Position numbers and translations under genes: made by a program. Below the pieces are notes generated by a model. The model saw nothing but the letters and a program-made list of their open reading frames with translations. It was not told where the DNA came from and made no database searches. Of a DNA stretch of 64,000 nucleotides, positions 50,240 through 64,000 are shown in pieces (positions within the stretch are counted from its first letter, which is position 1; each line of letters opens with the position of its first letter). Source of the stretch: Eledone cirrhosa (Eukaryota); the NCBI GenBank assembly GCA_964016885.1, contig OZ024742.1, forward strand, positions 368,838,001 to 368,902,000, written 5' to 3'.

Positions 50240-50360
50240 CTTTCTGAGTTCAAATCCCGCCGAGGTTGACTTTGCCTTTCATCCTTACGGGGTCGATAAA
50301 ATAAAGTACCAGTAATGCACTGGGTAATTGCTGGCCTTGTGCCTAAAGTAGAAACAATTA
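50240..50360 (+). mobile_element. 5'-truncated SINE copy, apparently identical to 49521-49640
   Basis: Same sequence, same junctions and same flanking variant (TGTTGTTACTG) as the previous copy. Confidence 0.88.
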
Positions 50361-52802
50361 TGTCTGTTGTTACTGTTATATCTAATATGGCGTTATTATG
50401 TCTGTTGTGACTGTTATATCTAATATGGCTTTATGATGTCTCTTGTGACTGTTATATCTGATATGGCTTTATTATGTCTCTTGTGACTGTTATATCTAAT
50501 ATGGCTTTATTATGTCTCTTGTGACTGTTATATCTAATATGGCTTTATTATGTCTGTTGTGACTGTTATATCTAATATGGCTTTATTATGTCTGTTGTGA
50601 CTGTTATATCTAATGTGGCTTTATTATGTCTGTTGTGACTGTTATATCTAATGTGGCTTTATTATGTCTGTTGTGACTGTTACATCTAGTATGGCTTTAT
50701 TATGTCTGTTGTGACTGTTATATCTAATATGGCTTTATTATGTCTGTTGTGACTGTTATATCTAATATGGCTTTATTATGTTTGTTGTGACTGTTATATC
50801 TAATATGGCTTTATTATGTCTGTTGTGAATGTTATATCTAATATGGCTTTATTATGTCTCTTGTGACTGTTATATCTAATATGGCTTTATTATGTCTGTT
50901 GTGACTGTTATATCTAATATGGCTTTATTATGTCTGTTGTGACTTATATCTAATATGGCTTTATTATGTTTGTTGTGACTGTTATATCTAATACGGCTTT
51001 ATTATGTCTCTTGTGACTGTTATATCTAATATGGCTTTATTATGTCTCTTGTGACTGTTATATCTAATATGGCTTTATTATGTCTCTTGTGACTGTTATA
51101 TCTAATATGGCTTTATTATGTCTCTTGTGACTGTTATATCTAATATTGCTTTATTATGTCTCTTGTGACTGTTATATCTAATGTGGCTTTATTATGTCTC
51201 TTGTGACTGTTATATCTAATGTGGCTTTATTATGTCTGTTGTGACTGTTATATCTAATATGGCTTTATTATGTCTGTTGTGACTGTTATATCTAATATGG
51301 CTTTATTATGTATGTTGTGACTGTTATATCTAATACGGCTTTATTATGTCTGTTGTGACTGTTATATCTAATATGGCTTTATTATGTTTGTTGTGACTGT
51401 TATATCTAATATGGCTTTATTATGTCTCTTGTGACTGTTATATCTAATATGGCTTTATTATGTCTCTTGTGACTGTTATATCTAATATGGCTTTATTATG
51501 TCTCTTGTGACTGTTATATCTAATATGGCTTTATTATGTCTGTTGTGACTGTTATATCTAATATGGCTTTATTATGTCTGTTGTGACTGTTATATCTAAT
51601 ATGGCTTTATTATGTCTGTTGTGACTGTTATATCTAATATGGCTTTATTATGTCTGTTGTGACTGTTATATCTAATATGGCTTTATTATGTATGTTGTGA
51701 CTGTTATATCTAATACGGCTTTATTATGTCTGTTGTGACTGTTATATCTAATACGGCTTTATTATGTCTGTTGTGACTGTTATATCTAATATCGCTTTAT
51801 TATGTCTCTTGTGACTGTTATATCTAATACGGCTTTATTATGTCTCTTGTGACTGTTATATCTAATATGGCTTTATTATGTCTCTTGTGACTGTTATATC
51901 TAATATGGCTTTATTATGTCTCTTGTGACTGTTATATCTAATATGGCTTTATTATGTCTCTTGTGACTGTTATATCTAATATGGCTTTATTATGTCTCTT
52001 GTGACTGTTATATCTAATGTGGCTTTATTATGTCAGTTGTGACTGTTATATCTAATATGGCTTTATTATGTCTGTTGTGACTGTTATATCTAATATGGCT
52101 TTATTATGTCTGTTGTGACTGTTATATCTAATACGGCTTCATTATGTCTGTTGTGACTGTTATATCTGATATGGCTTTATTATGTCTGTTGTGACTGTTA
52201 TATCTAATATGGCTTTATTATGTCTCTTGTGACTGTTATATCTAGTGTGGCTTTATTATGTCTCGTGTGACTGTTATATCTAATGTGGCTTTATTAATGT
52301 CTCTTGTGACTGTTATATCTAATATGGCTTTATTATGTCTGTTGTGACTGTTATATCTAATATGGCTTTATTATGTCTGTTGTGACTGTTATATCTAATG
52401 TGGCTTTATTAATGTCTCTTGTGACTGTTATATCTAATATGGCTTTATTATGTCTGTTGTGACTGTTATATCTAATATGGCTTTATTATGTCTGTTGTGA
52501 CTGTTATATCTAATATGGCTTTATTATGTCTGTCGTGACTGTTATATCTAATGTGGCTTTATTAATGTCTCTTGTGACTGTTATATCTAATGTGGCTTTA
52601 TTATGTCTGTTGTGACTGTTATATCTAATAAGGCTTTATTATGTCTGTTGTGACTGTTATATCTAATATGGCTTTATTATTTCTGTTGTTACTGTTATAT
52701 CTAATATGGCTTTATTATGTTTGTTGTGACTGTTATATCTAATATGGCTTTATTATGTCTGTTGTGACCGTTATATCGACCTAATTTGTCTCTTTTACAG
52801 GG

Positions 52803-55800
52803 CTAACCTATACTAAATATACCACTTCTACTGGTCTAACCTGTACTAAACATTCCACTTCTACTGGTCTAACCTATACTAAACATACAACTTCTACTGG
52901 TCTAACCTATACTAAACATACCACTACTACTGGTCTAACCTATACTAAACATACCACTACTACTGGTCTAACCTGTACTAAACATTCCACTTCTACTTGT
53001 CTAACTTGTACTAAACATACCACTTCTACTGGTCTAACCTGTACTAAACATACCACTTCTACTGGTCTAACCTATACTAAACATACCACTTCTACTGGTC
53101 TAACCTGTACTAAACTTACCACTACTACTGGTCTAACCTGTACTAAACATACCACTTCTACTGGTCTAACTTGTACTAAACATACCACTACTACTGGTCT
53201 AACCTGTACTAAACATACCACTTCTATGGTCTAACCTGTACTAAACATACCACTTCTACAGGTCTAACTTGTACTAAACATACTACTTCTACTGGTCTAA
53301 CCTATACTAAACATACTTCTTCTACTGGTCTAACCTTTACTAAACATACCACTTCTACTGGTCTAACCTTTACTAAACATACCACTTCTACTGGTCTAAC
53401 CTGTACTAAACATACCACTTCTACTGGTCTAACCTATACTAAACATACCACTTCTACTGATCTAACCTATACTAAACATACCAATTCTACTGGTCTAACC
53501 TATACTAAACATACCACTTCTACTGGTCTAACCTGTACTAAACATACCACTTCTACTGGTCTAACCTATACTAAACATACCACTTCTACTGGTCTAACCT
53601 GTACTAAACATACCACTTCTACTGGTCTAACCTGTACTAAACATACCACTTCTACTGGTCTAACCTATACTAAACATACCACTACTACTGGTCTAACCTA
53701 TACTAAATATACCACTTATCCTGGTCTAACCTGTACTAAACATACCACTTCTACTGGTCTAACCTATACTAAACATACCACTACTACTGGACTAACCTAT
53801 ACTAAACATACCACTTCTACTGGTCTAACCTATACTAAACATACCACTTCTACTGGTCTAACTTGTACTAAACATACCACTACTACTGGTCTAAACTATA
53901 CTAAACATACCACTTCTACTGGTCTAACCTGTACTAAACATACCACTACTACTGGCCTAACCTATACTAAACATACCACTTCTACTGGTCTAACTTGTAC
54001 TAAACATACCACTTCTACTGGTCTAACTTGTACTAAACATACCACTTCTACTGGTCTAACCTGTACTAAACATACCACTACTACTGGTCTAACTTGTACT
54101 AAACATACCACTTCTACTGGTCTAACCTATACTAAACATACCACTTCTACTGGTCTAACTTGTACTAAACATACCACTTCTACTGGTCTAACTTGTACTA
54201 AACATACCACTTCTACAGGTCTAACTTGTACTAAACATACCACTTCTACTGGTCTAACCTATACTAAACATACCACTTCTACTGGTCTAACTTGTACTAA
54301 ACATACCACTTCTACTGGTCTAACTTGTACTAAACAAACCACTTCTACTGGTCTAACCTATACTAAACATACCACTTCTACTGGTCTAACTTGTACTAAA
54401 CATACCACTTCTACTGGCCTAACCTATACTAAACATACCACTTCTACTGGTCTAATTGTACTAAACATACCACTTCTACAGGTCTAACTTGTACTAAACA
54501 TACCACTTCTACAGGTCTAACTTGTACTAAACATACCACTTCTACTGGTCCAACCTGTACTAAACATACCACTACTACTGGTCTAACCTATACTAAACAT
54601 ACCACTTCTACTGGTCTAACATGTACTAAACATACCACTTCTACTGGTCTAACCTGTACTAAACATACCACTTCTACTGGTCTAACCTATACTAAACATA
54701 CCACTTCTACTGGTCTAACCTATACTAAACATACCACTTCTACTGGTCTAACCTATACTAAACATACCACTTCTACTTGTCTAACCTATACTAAACATAC
54801 CACTTCTACTGGTCTAACCTGTACTAAACATACCACTACTACTGGTCTAACCTATACTAAACATACCACTACTACTGGTCTAACCTATACTAAACATACC
54901 ACTACTACTGGTCTAACCTGTACTAAACATTCCACTTCTACTTGTCTAACTTGTACTAAACATACCACTTCTACTGGTCTAACCTGTACTAAACATACCA
55001 CTTCTACTGGTCTAACCTATACTAAACATACCACTTCTACTGGTCTAACCTGTACTAAACTTACCACTACTACTGGTCTAACCTGTACTAAACATACCAC
55101 TTCTACTGGTCTAACTTGTACTAAACATACCACTACTACTGGTCTAACCTGTACTAAACATACCACTTCTATGGTCTAACCTGTACTAAACATACCACTT
55201 CTACAGGTCTAACTTGTACTAAACATACTACTTCTACTGGTCTAACCTATACTAAACATACTTCTTCTACTGGTCTAACCTTTACTAAACATACCACTTC
55301 TACTGGTCTAACCTGTACTAAACATACCACTTCTACTGGTCTAACCTATACTAAACATACCACTTCTACTGATCTAACCTATACTAAACATACCAATTCT
55401 ACTGGTCTAACCTATACTAAACATACCACTTCTACTGGTCTAACCTGTACTAAACATACCACTTCTACTGGTCTAACCTATACTAAACATACCACTTCTA
55501 CTGGTCTAACCTGTACTAAACATACCACTTCTACTGGTCTAACCTGTACTTAACATTCCACTTCTACTCGTCTAACTTGTACTAAACATACCACTTCTAC
55601 TGGTCTAACCTGTACTAAACATACCACTTCTACTGGTCTAACCTATACTAAACATACCACTACTACTGGTCTAACCTATACTAAATATACCACTTATACT
55701 GGTCTAACCTGTACTAAACATACCACTTCTACTGGTCTAACCTATACTAAACATACCACTACTACTGGACTAACCTATACTAAACATACCACTTCTACTG

Positions 55801-58800
55801 GTCTAACCTATACTAAACATACCACTTCTACTGGTCTAACTTGTACTAAACATACCACTACTACTGGTCTAAACTATACTAAACATACCACTTCTACTGG
55901 TCTAACCTGTACTAAACATACCACTACTACTGGTCTAACCTATACTAAACATACCACTTCTACTGGTCTAACTTGTACTAAACATACCACTTCTACTGGT
56001 CTAACTTGTACTAAACATACCACTTCTACTGGTCTAACCTGTACTAAACATACCACTACTACTGGTCTAACTTGTACTAAACATACCACTTCTACTGGTC
56101 TAACCTATACTAAACATACCACTTCTATTGGTCTAACTTGTACTAAACATACCACTTCTATTGGTCTAACTTGTACTAAACATACCACTTCTATTGGTCT
56201 AACTTGTACTAGACATACCACTTCTACAGGTCTAACTTGTACTAAACATACCACTTCTACTGGTCTAACCTATACTAAACATACCACTTCTACTGGTCTA
56301 ACTTGTACTAAACATACCACTTCTACTGGTCTAACTTGTACTAAACAAACCACTTCTACTGGTCTAACCTATACTAAACATACCACTTCTACTGGTCTAA
56401 CTTGTACTAAACATACCACTTCTACTGGCCTAACCTATACTAAACATACCACTTCTACTGGTCTAACTTGTACTAAACATACCACTTCTACAGGTCTAAC
56501 TTGTACTAAACATACCACTTCTACTGGTCCAACCTGTACTAAACATACCACTACTACTGGTCTAACCTATACTAAACATACCACTTCTACTGGTCTAACA
56601 TGTACTAAACATACCACTTCTACTGGTCTAACCTGTACTAAACATACCACTTCAACTGGTCTAACCTGTACTAAACATACCACTTCAACTGGTCTAACCT
56701 GTACTAAACATACCACTTCTACTGGTCTAACCTGTACTAAACATACCACTTCTACTGGCCTAACCTATACTAAACATACCACCTCTACTGGTCTAACCTG
56801 TACTAAACATACCACTTCTACTGGTCTAACCTATACTAAACATACCACTTCTACTGGTCTAACCTATACTAAACATACCACTACTACTGGTCTAACCTAT
56901 ACTAAACATACCACTACTACTGGTCTAACCTGTACTAAACATACCACTACTACTGGTCTAACCTGTACTAAACATACCACTTCTACATGTCTAACCTATA
57001 CTAAACATACCACTTCTACTGGTCTAACCTATACTAAACATACCACTTCTACTGGTCTAACCTGTACTAAACATACCACTTCTACTGGTCTAACCTATAC
57101 TAAACATACCACTTCTACTGGTCTAACTTGTACTAAACATACCACTTCTACTGGTCTAATCTGTACTAAACATACCACTTCTACTGGTCTAACCTATACT
57201 AAACATACCACTTCTACTGGTCTAACCTATACTAAACATACCACTTCTACTGGTCTAACCTATACTAAACATACCACTTCTACTGGTCTAACCTGTACTA
57301 AACATACCACTTCTACTGGTCTAACCTGTACTAAACATACCACTACTACTGGTCTAACCTATACTAAATATACCACTTCTACTGGTCTAACCTATACTAA
57401 ACATACCACTTCTACTGGTCTAACCTGTACTAAACATACCACTTCTACTGGTCTAACCTATACTAAACATACCACTTCTACTGGTCTAACCTGTACTAAA
57501 CATACCACTTCTACTGGTCTAACCTATACTAAATATACCACTTCTACTGGTCTAACCTATACTAAATATACCACTTCTACTGGTCTAACCTGTACTAAAC
57601 ATACCACTTCTACTGGTCTAACCTATACTAAACATACCACTTCTACTGGTCTAACCTGTACTAAACATACCACTTCTACTGGTCTAACCTGTACTAAACA
57701 TACCACTTCTACTGGTCTAACCTATACTAAACATACCACTTCTACTGGTCTAACCTGTACTAAACATACCACTTCTACTGGTCTAACCTATACTAAACAT
57801 ACCACTTCTACTGGTCTAACCTATACTAAACATACCACTTCTACTGGTCTAACCTATACTAAATATACCACTTCTACTGGTCTAACCTATACTAAATATA
57901 CCACTTCTACTGGTCTAACCTGTACTAAACATACCACTACTACTGGTCTAACCTGTACTAAACATACCACTACTACTGGTCTAACTTGTACTAAACATAC
58001 CACTTCTACTGGTCTAACTTGTACTAAACATACCACTTCTACTGGTCTACCCTGTACTAAACATACCACTACTACTGGTCTAACCTATACTAAACATACG
58101 ACTTCTACTGGTCTAACCTATACTAAACATACCACTTCTACTGGTCTAACCTATACTAAACATACCACATCTACTGGTCTAACCTGTACTAAACATACCA
58201 CTTCTACTGGTCTAACCTATACTAAACATACCACATCTACTGGTCTAACCTGTACTAAACATACCACTTCTACTGGTCTAACCTATACTAAACATACCAC
58301 TTCTACTGGTCTAACCTATACTAAACATATCACTTCTACTGGTCTAACCTATACTAAACATACCACTTCTACTGGTCTAACTTGTACTAAACATACCACT
58401 ACTACTGGTCTAACCTTTACTAAACATACCACTTCGTCTGGTCTAACTTGTACTAAACATACCACTTCTACTGGTCTAACCTATACTAAACATACCACTA
58501 CTACTGGTCTAACCTGTACTAAACATATCACTACTACTGGTCTAACCTGTACTAAACATACCACTACTACTGGTCTAACTTGTACTAAACATACCACTAC
58601 TACTGGTCTAACCTATACTAAACATACAACTTCTACTGGTCTAACCTATACTAAACATACCACTACTATTGGTCTAACCTATACTAAACATACCACATCT
58701 ACTGGTCTAACCTTTACTAAACATACCACTACTACTGGTCTAACTTGTACTAAACATACCACTACTACTGGTCTAACCTATACTAAACATACCACTACTA

Positions 58801-60925
58801 CTGGTCTAACCTGTACTAAACATACAACTTCTACTGGTCTAACCTGTACTAAACATATCACTACTACTGCTCTAACCCATACTAAACATACCACTTCTAC
58901 ATGTCTAACCTATACTAAACATACCACTTCTACTGGTCTAACCTATACTAAACATACCACTTCTACTGGTCTAACCTGTACTAAACATACCACTTCTACT
59001 GGTCTAACCTATACTAAACATACCACTTCTACTGGTCTAACTTGTACTAAACATACCACTTCTACTGGTCTAATCTGTACTAAACATACCACTTCTACTG
59101 GTCTAACCTATACTAAACATACCACTTCTACTGGTCTAACCTATACTAAACATACCACTTCTACTGGTCTAACCTATACTAAACATACCACTTCTACTTG
59201 TCTAACCTATACTAAACATACCACTTCTACTGGTCTAACCTGTACTAAACATACCACTACTACTGGTCTAACCTATACTAAATATACCACTTCTACTGGT
59301 CTAACCTATACTAAACATACCACTTCTACTGGTCTAACCTGTACTAAACATACCACTTCTACTGGTCTAACCTATACTAAACATACCACTTCTACTGGTC
59401 TAACCTGTACTAAACATACCACTTCTACTGGTCTAACCTATACTAAATATACCACTTCTACTGGTCTAACCTATACTAAATATACCACTTCTACTGGTCT
59501 AACCTGTACTAAACATACCACTTCTACTGGTCTAACCTATACTAAACATACCACTTCTACTGGTCTAACCTGTACTAAACATACCACTTCTACTGGTCTA
59601 ACCTGTACTAAACATACCACTTCTACTGGTCTAACCTATACTAAACATACCACTTCTACTGGTCTAACCTGTACTAAACATACCACTTCTACTGGTCTAA
59701 CCTATACTAAACATACCACTTCTACTGGTCTAACCTATACTAAACATACCACTTCTACTGGTCTAACCTATACTAAATATACCACTTCTACTGGTCTAAC
59801 CTATACTAAATATACCACTTCTACTGGTCTAACCTATACTAAATATACCACTTCTACTGGTCTAACCTGTACTAAACATACCACTACTACTGGTCTAACC
59901 TGTACTAAACATATCACTACTACTGGTCTAACTTGTACTAAACATACCACTTCTACTGGTCTAACTTGTACTAAACATACCACTTCTACTGGTCTAACCT
60001 ATACTAAACATACGACTTCTACTGGTCTAACCTATACTAAACATACCACTTCTACTGGTCTAACCTATACTAAACATACCACATCTACTGGTCTAACCTG
60101 TACTAAACATACCACTTCTACTGGTCTAACCTATACTAAACATACCACATCTACTGGTCTAACCTGTACTAAACATACCACTTCTACTGGTCTAACCTAT
60201 ACTAAACATACCACTTCTACTGGTCTAACCTATACTAAACATATCACTTCTACTGGTCTAACCTATACTAAACATACCACTTCTACTGGTCTAACTTGTA
60301 CTAAACATACCACTACTACTGGTCTAACCTTTACTAAACATACCACTTCGTCTGGTCTAACTTGTACTAAACATACCACTTCTACTGGTCTAACCTATAC
60401 TAAACATACCACTACTACTGGTCTAACCTGTACTAAACATATCACTACTACTGGTCTAACCTGTACTAAACATACCACTACTACTGGTCTAACTTGTACT
60501 AAACATACCACTACTACTGGTCTAACCTATACTAAACATACAACTTCTACTGGTCTAACCTATACTAAACATACCACTACTATTGGTCTAACCTATACTA
60601 AACATACCACATCTACTGGTCTAACCTGTACTAAACATACCACTACTACTGGTCTAACTTGTACTAAACATACCACTACTACTGGTCTAACCTATACTAA
60701 ACATACCACTACTACTGGTCTAACCTGTACTAAACATACAACTTCTACTGGTCTAACCTGTACTAAACATATCACTACTACTGCTCTAACCCATACTAAA
60801 CATACCACTTCTACTGGTCTAACCTATACTAAACATACCACTACTACTGGTCTAACCTATACTAAACATACCACTTCTACTGGTCTAACCTGTACTGAAC
60901 ACCACTTCTACTGGTCTAACTTTCT
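52803..60925. repeat. 33-bp satellite (CTAACCT[A/G]TACTAAACATACCACTTCTACTGGT)n, ~245 copies
   Basis: Direct reading; 11-aa periodicity (VVCLVQVRPVE) in the ORF track. Confidence 0.98.
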
Positions 60926-61126
60926 AAACCCTACATTAAATATACCATTTCTATCAAACCCCATTTATGTGTATCTGCCTTGTCTAACCTGTTACATCCT
61001 ACACTAAACATTCTATTTGCTGTATCTACCCTTCCTCATGTAACCCTCTAAAAAGTTCTCCCCTTGCCTCCTACAAGCCTCAACCATCTGTGAACATCAA
61101 TACCCTGAGTAATCAGTCTGGCTTAA

Positions 61127-61339
61127 CCCTTTACCATTTACTCTATATTCACTATTATTTTTCATGGTAAAGACTTTCTCTCACGTAATTATCTCACATA
61201 ATATCAAATCTAAGAGATGTTTATATCATTTATTTTGAGAACAATACCTTAACAAGTATGAGTGGCCAGTCGCAGCCAGTTTCATTAGAAAGAGGTGAGA
61301 GAATTCTGGCCGGATATGGGCGGCTTAAATATTAAAGGA
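61127..61339 (-). mobile_element. piggyBac-type MITE, family A, copy 3 (inverted, more diverged)
   Basis: TTAA|CCCTTTACCATTTA ... TAAATATTAAAGGA|TTAA; internal TTATTTTGAGAACAATACCTTAACA and GAGGTGAGAGAATTCTGGCCGG are reverse complements of the copy 1 and 2 interiors. Confidence 0.8.
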
Positions 61340-61755
61340 TTAAGTTTCCATCATAATTTTATTCCAGATCAAACACCAACTTAACAATGAGAAAGCCACT
61401 TAACTTTCAGAAATGACAGCTTGGTCCTTTTTTGACACTGTACACAAAGTTTGTAAATACTTGCTCCTCTCCCCATTAAACCTTAATGACTTAAAAGCCC
61501 CGACAATACATATGAAGAAATAAAACCTAGTTTGAGGGTGATGGCAACAGTCAGTGGTAAATGTTAAGAGAAATGGAATTAGATGATGAGGTAATGTGTT
61601 GAGGAAGGATGAGAGGAGTGAGATAAATGTCAGAGAATCACATCTTTGTCGTATGTTCCACAGTTTCCATTGTTGGATGCTATTCCTAACCCCAACCACT
61701 TTACAAAGTGTGCTAGGTGTATTTTATTGTTTTACTAACACTCAAGCAGCTGTCA

Positions 61756-61892
61756 AACCCTAACACCAACCCTAACTCTAACACCAACACTAACCCTAAC
61801 ACTAACACCAACCCTAACACCAACCCTAACCCTAACAAGAACCCTAACACCAACCCTAACCCCAACCCTAACCGTAACCCTAACACCAACCT
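61756..61892. repeat. Degenerate (CCCTAA)n-like hexamer tract
   Basis: AACCCT / AACACC / AACACT / AACTCT hexamers, ~22 units. Confidence 0.85.
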
Positions 61893-62197
61893 ATACAGTT
61901 ATAATTTTATGTAAGAACCTTTAACTTATGCACCAAACACCAGTTTAATGAAAAAGTTAGTTACACTAAATCCCCTCAAATGATTATGTTTATAACTATT
62001 TTGAAATCATAGATAGTGGATTTCATTAAAAATGGTACGTGATATTGGAGAGTTAGGTTTGTTAATTCCAACAGGATAAACAAACACATGTTAAGCAGTT
62101 AACAATAGAGCTTCTAATAGTAAAAACGGCTGCTAATTATATAACAACCAAAAGAACATTCTTCAGAGGATATAAGAAATTTGATGTAAAATATTGA

Positions 62198-62440
62198 CCC
62201 TTTTGTTACCATATTTCTATTAAAATTTATTGATTTTCAAGAGATTTTGAAAATAATTTTTAAAATTGATGTATTTAGCAAACTAACTTTCTCATTATTA
62301 AGTTAGTGTGTAGAACATTAAGAAATGGTTCTTATGAAAAAAATTATAAACGAAGGATTTTAAATATAAAGTTAATCACTTTAAAAAAAATGGTTCTTCT
62401 TGAGAGAACCAGAGCTAGGTTTGGTTGGTATCAGAAATAT
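62198..62440. mobile_element. Degenerate MITE family B copy
   Basis: TTGA|CCCTTTTGTTACCATATTT matches the reverse complement of the 39418 terminus; far end TTGGTATCAGAAATATTAA is decayed. Confidence 0.4.
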
Positions 62441-62614
62441 TAAAAGATAAAAAAGTAAATAATGAATAGAATAAAAATAACAAAAAGGTTTATTTTGTTT
62501 TCAATCTGTCAAATTCTACCAATGTTGGTTTAATTTAAGTCAATAAAATGTCAGGTGGTAACACCTGTTGATATAACAGCCAGATAATGGAATATAAGGT
62601 GAACAACTGTAAAG

Positions 62615-64000
62615 CAGAGTACAATCTAAACGACACCAAACTACAGTATAGAGTACAGTCTACATGACAACACACTACAGTATAGAGTACAGTCACATGA
62701 CACCACACTACAGTATAGAGTAGTCTACATGACACCACACTACAGTATTGAGTACAGTCACATGACACCACACTACAGTATAGAGTAGTCTACATGACAC
62801 CACACTAGAGTATAGAGTACAGTCTACATGATACCAGACTACAGTATAGAGTAGTCACATGACACCACACTACAGTACAGTTCACATGACACCACACTAC
62901 AGTACAGTCACATGACACCACACTACAGTATAGAGTAGTCACATGACACCACACTACAGTACAGTCCACATGACACCACACTACAGTACAGTCACATGAC
63001 ACCACTACAGTATAGAGTAGTCTACATGACACCAGACTACAGTACAGTCACATGACACCAGACTACAGTATAGAGTAGTCACATGACACCACACTACAGT
63101 ACAGCCCACATGACACCACACTACAGTATAGAGTACAGTCTACACGACACCACACTACAGTATAGAGTAGTCACATGACACCACACTACAGTCACATGAC
63201 ACCACACTACAGTATAGAGTATAGTCTACATGACACCACACTACAGTATAGAGTACAGTCACATGACATCACACTACAGTATAGAGTACAGTCTACATGG
63301 CACTATACTACAGTATAGAGCAGTTCACATGACACCACACTACAGTATAGAATACAGTCTACATTACACTACACTACAGTATAGAGTACAGTCTGCATGG
63401 CACTATACTACAGTATAGAGCAGTTCACATGACACCACACTACAGTATAGAATACAGTCTACATTACACTACACTACAGTATAGAGTAGTCACATGAAAT
63501 ACTAGCGTATAGAGTACAGTCTACATGACACGATACTACAGTATAGAGTACAGTTTACATGACACCACACTACAGTATAGAGTACAGTCACATGACACCA
63601 CACTACAGTATAGAGTACAGTCCACATGACATCACACTACAGTATAGAGTACAGTCCACATGACATCACAATGCAGTATAGAGTAGTCTACATGGCACCA
63701 CACTACAGTATAGAGTACAGTCTACATGACATCACACTAGAGTATAGAGTAGTCTACATGACAGACTAGAGTATAGAGTACATTCTACATGACATCACAC
63801 TAGAGTATAGAGTAGTCTACATGACAGACTAGAGTATAGAGTACAGTCTACATGACAGACTACAGTACAGTCTACATGACACCACACTACACTATAGAGT
63901 AGTCACATGACACCACACTACAGTATAGAGTACAGTCACATGACACAACACTACAGTATAGAGTACAGTCACATGACACCACACTACAGTATAGAGTAGT
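62615..64000. repeat. Heterogeneous ~25-39-bp tandem repeat (CATGACACCACACTACAGTATAGAGTACAGTC[T]A)n, running off the window
   Basis: Direct reading; internal modules TAGAGTA and CA variably deleted. Confidence 0.95.

Larger units (their letters stand above)
40553..52777. repeat. 38-bp satellite (TGTGACTGTTATATCTAATATGGCTTTATTATGTCTGT)n, ~310 copies
   Basis: Direct reading (TGTGAC at 40631 and 40669); main variants TCTGT / TCTCT / TTTGT; interrupted by three SINE copies. Confidence 0.98.

Noticed and set aside
19428-60925. CRISPR-like arrays (repeat units of 33-45 bp)
   Set aside because: Units are head-to-tail with no unique spacers, no cas genes are present, and the context is eukaryotic.

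Overview
AT-rich, repeat-saturated eukaryotic DNA with no host protein-coding gene that I can support. The SINE, the RTE 3' end and the (TA)n-rich context resemble coleoid cephalopod (octopus) repeats; this is an inference from memory of repeat families, not a search. About 70% of the window is tandem repeat: 18-bp, 45-bp, TAC-rich, (GGT)n, 38-bp, 33-bp and ~35-39-bp arrays. Most long ORFs in the track are artefacts of these arrays. The real coding content is two retroelements. One is a near-full-length RTE-type LINE (minus strand, APE + RT, one nonsense codon, with a C4HC3 PHD-type finger after the RT core). The other is a Penelope-like element (plus strand, RT + zinc knuckle + GIY-YIG, pseudo-LTR direct repeat). 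Most notable observations: (1) a U_UUU_UUA slippery site placed exactly in the short overlap between the Penelope upstream ORF and its RT ORF, in the -1 register; (2) at least five complete-looking minimal type I hammerhead ribozymes plus several variant or partial ones, mostly inside foldback hairpins in (TA)n tracts, including a near-perfect palindrome with a hammerhead on each strand; (3) a 7.3-kb minisatellite that is a tandem expansion of the A-box-containing 5' head of a tRNA-derived SINE. TTAA-flanked piggyBac-type MITEs and degraded LINE fragments are also present. All structures were read by eye, so coordinates are approximate to a few bases.
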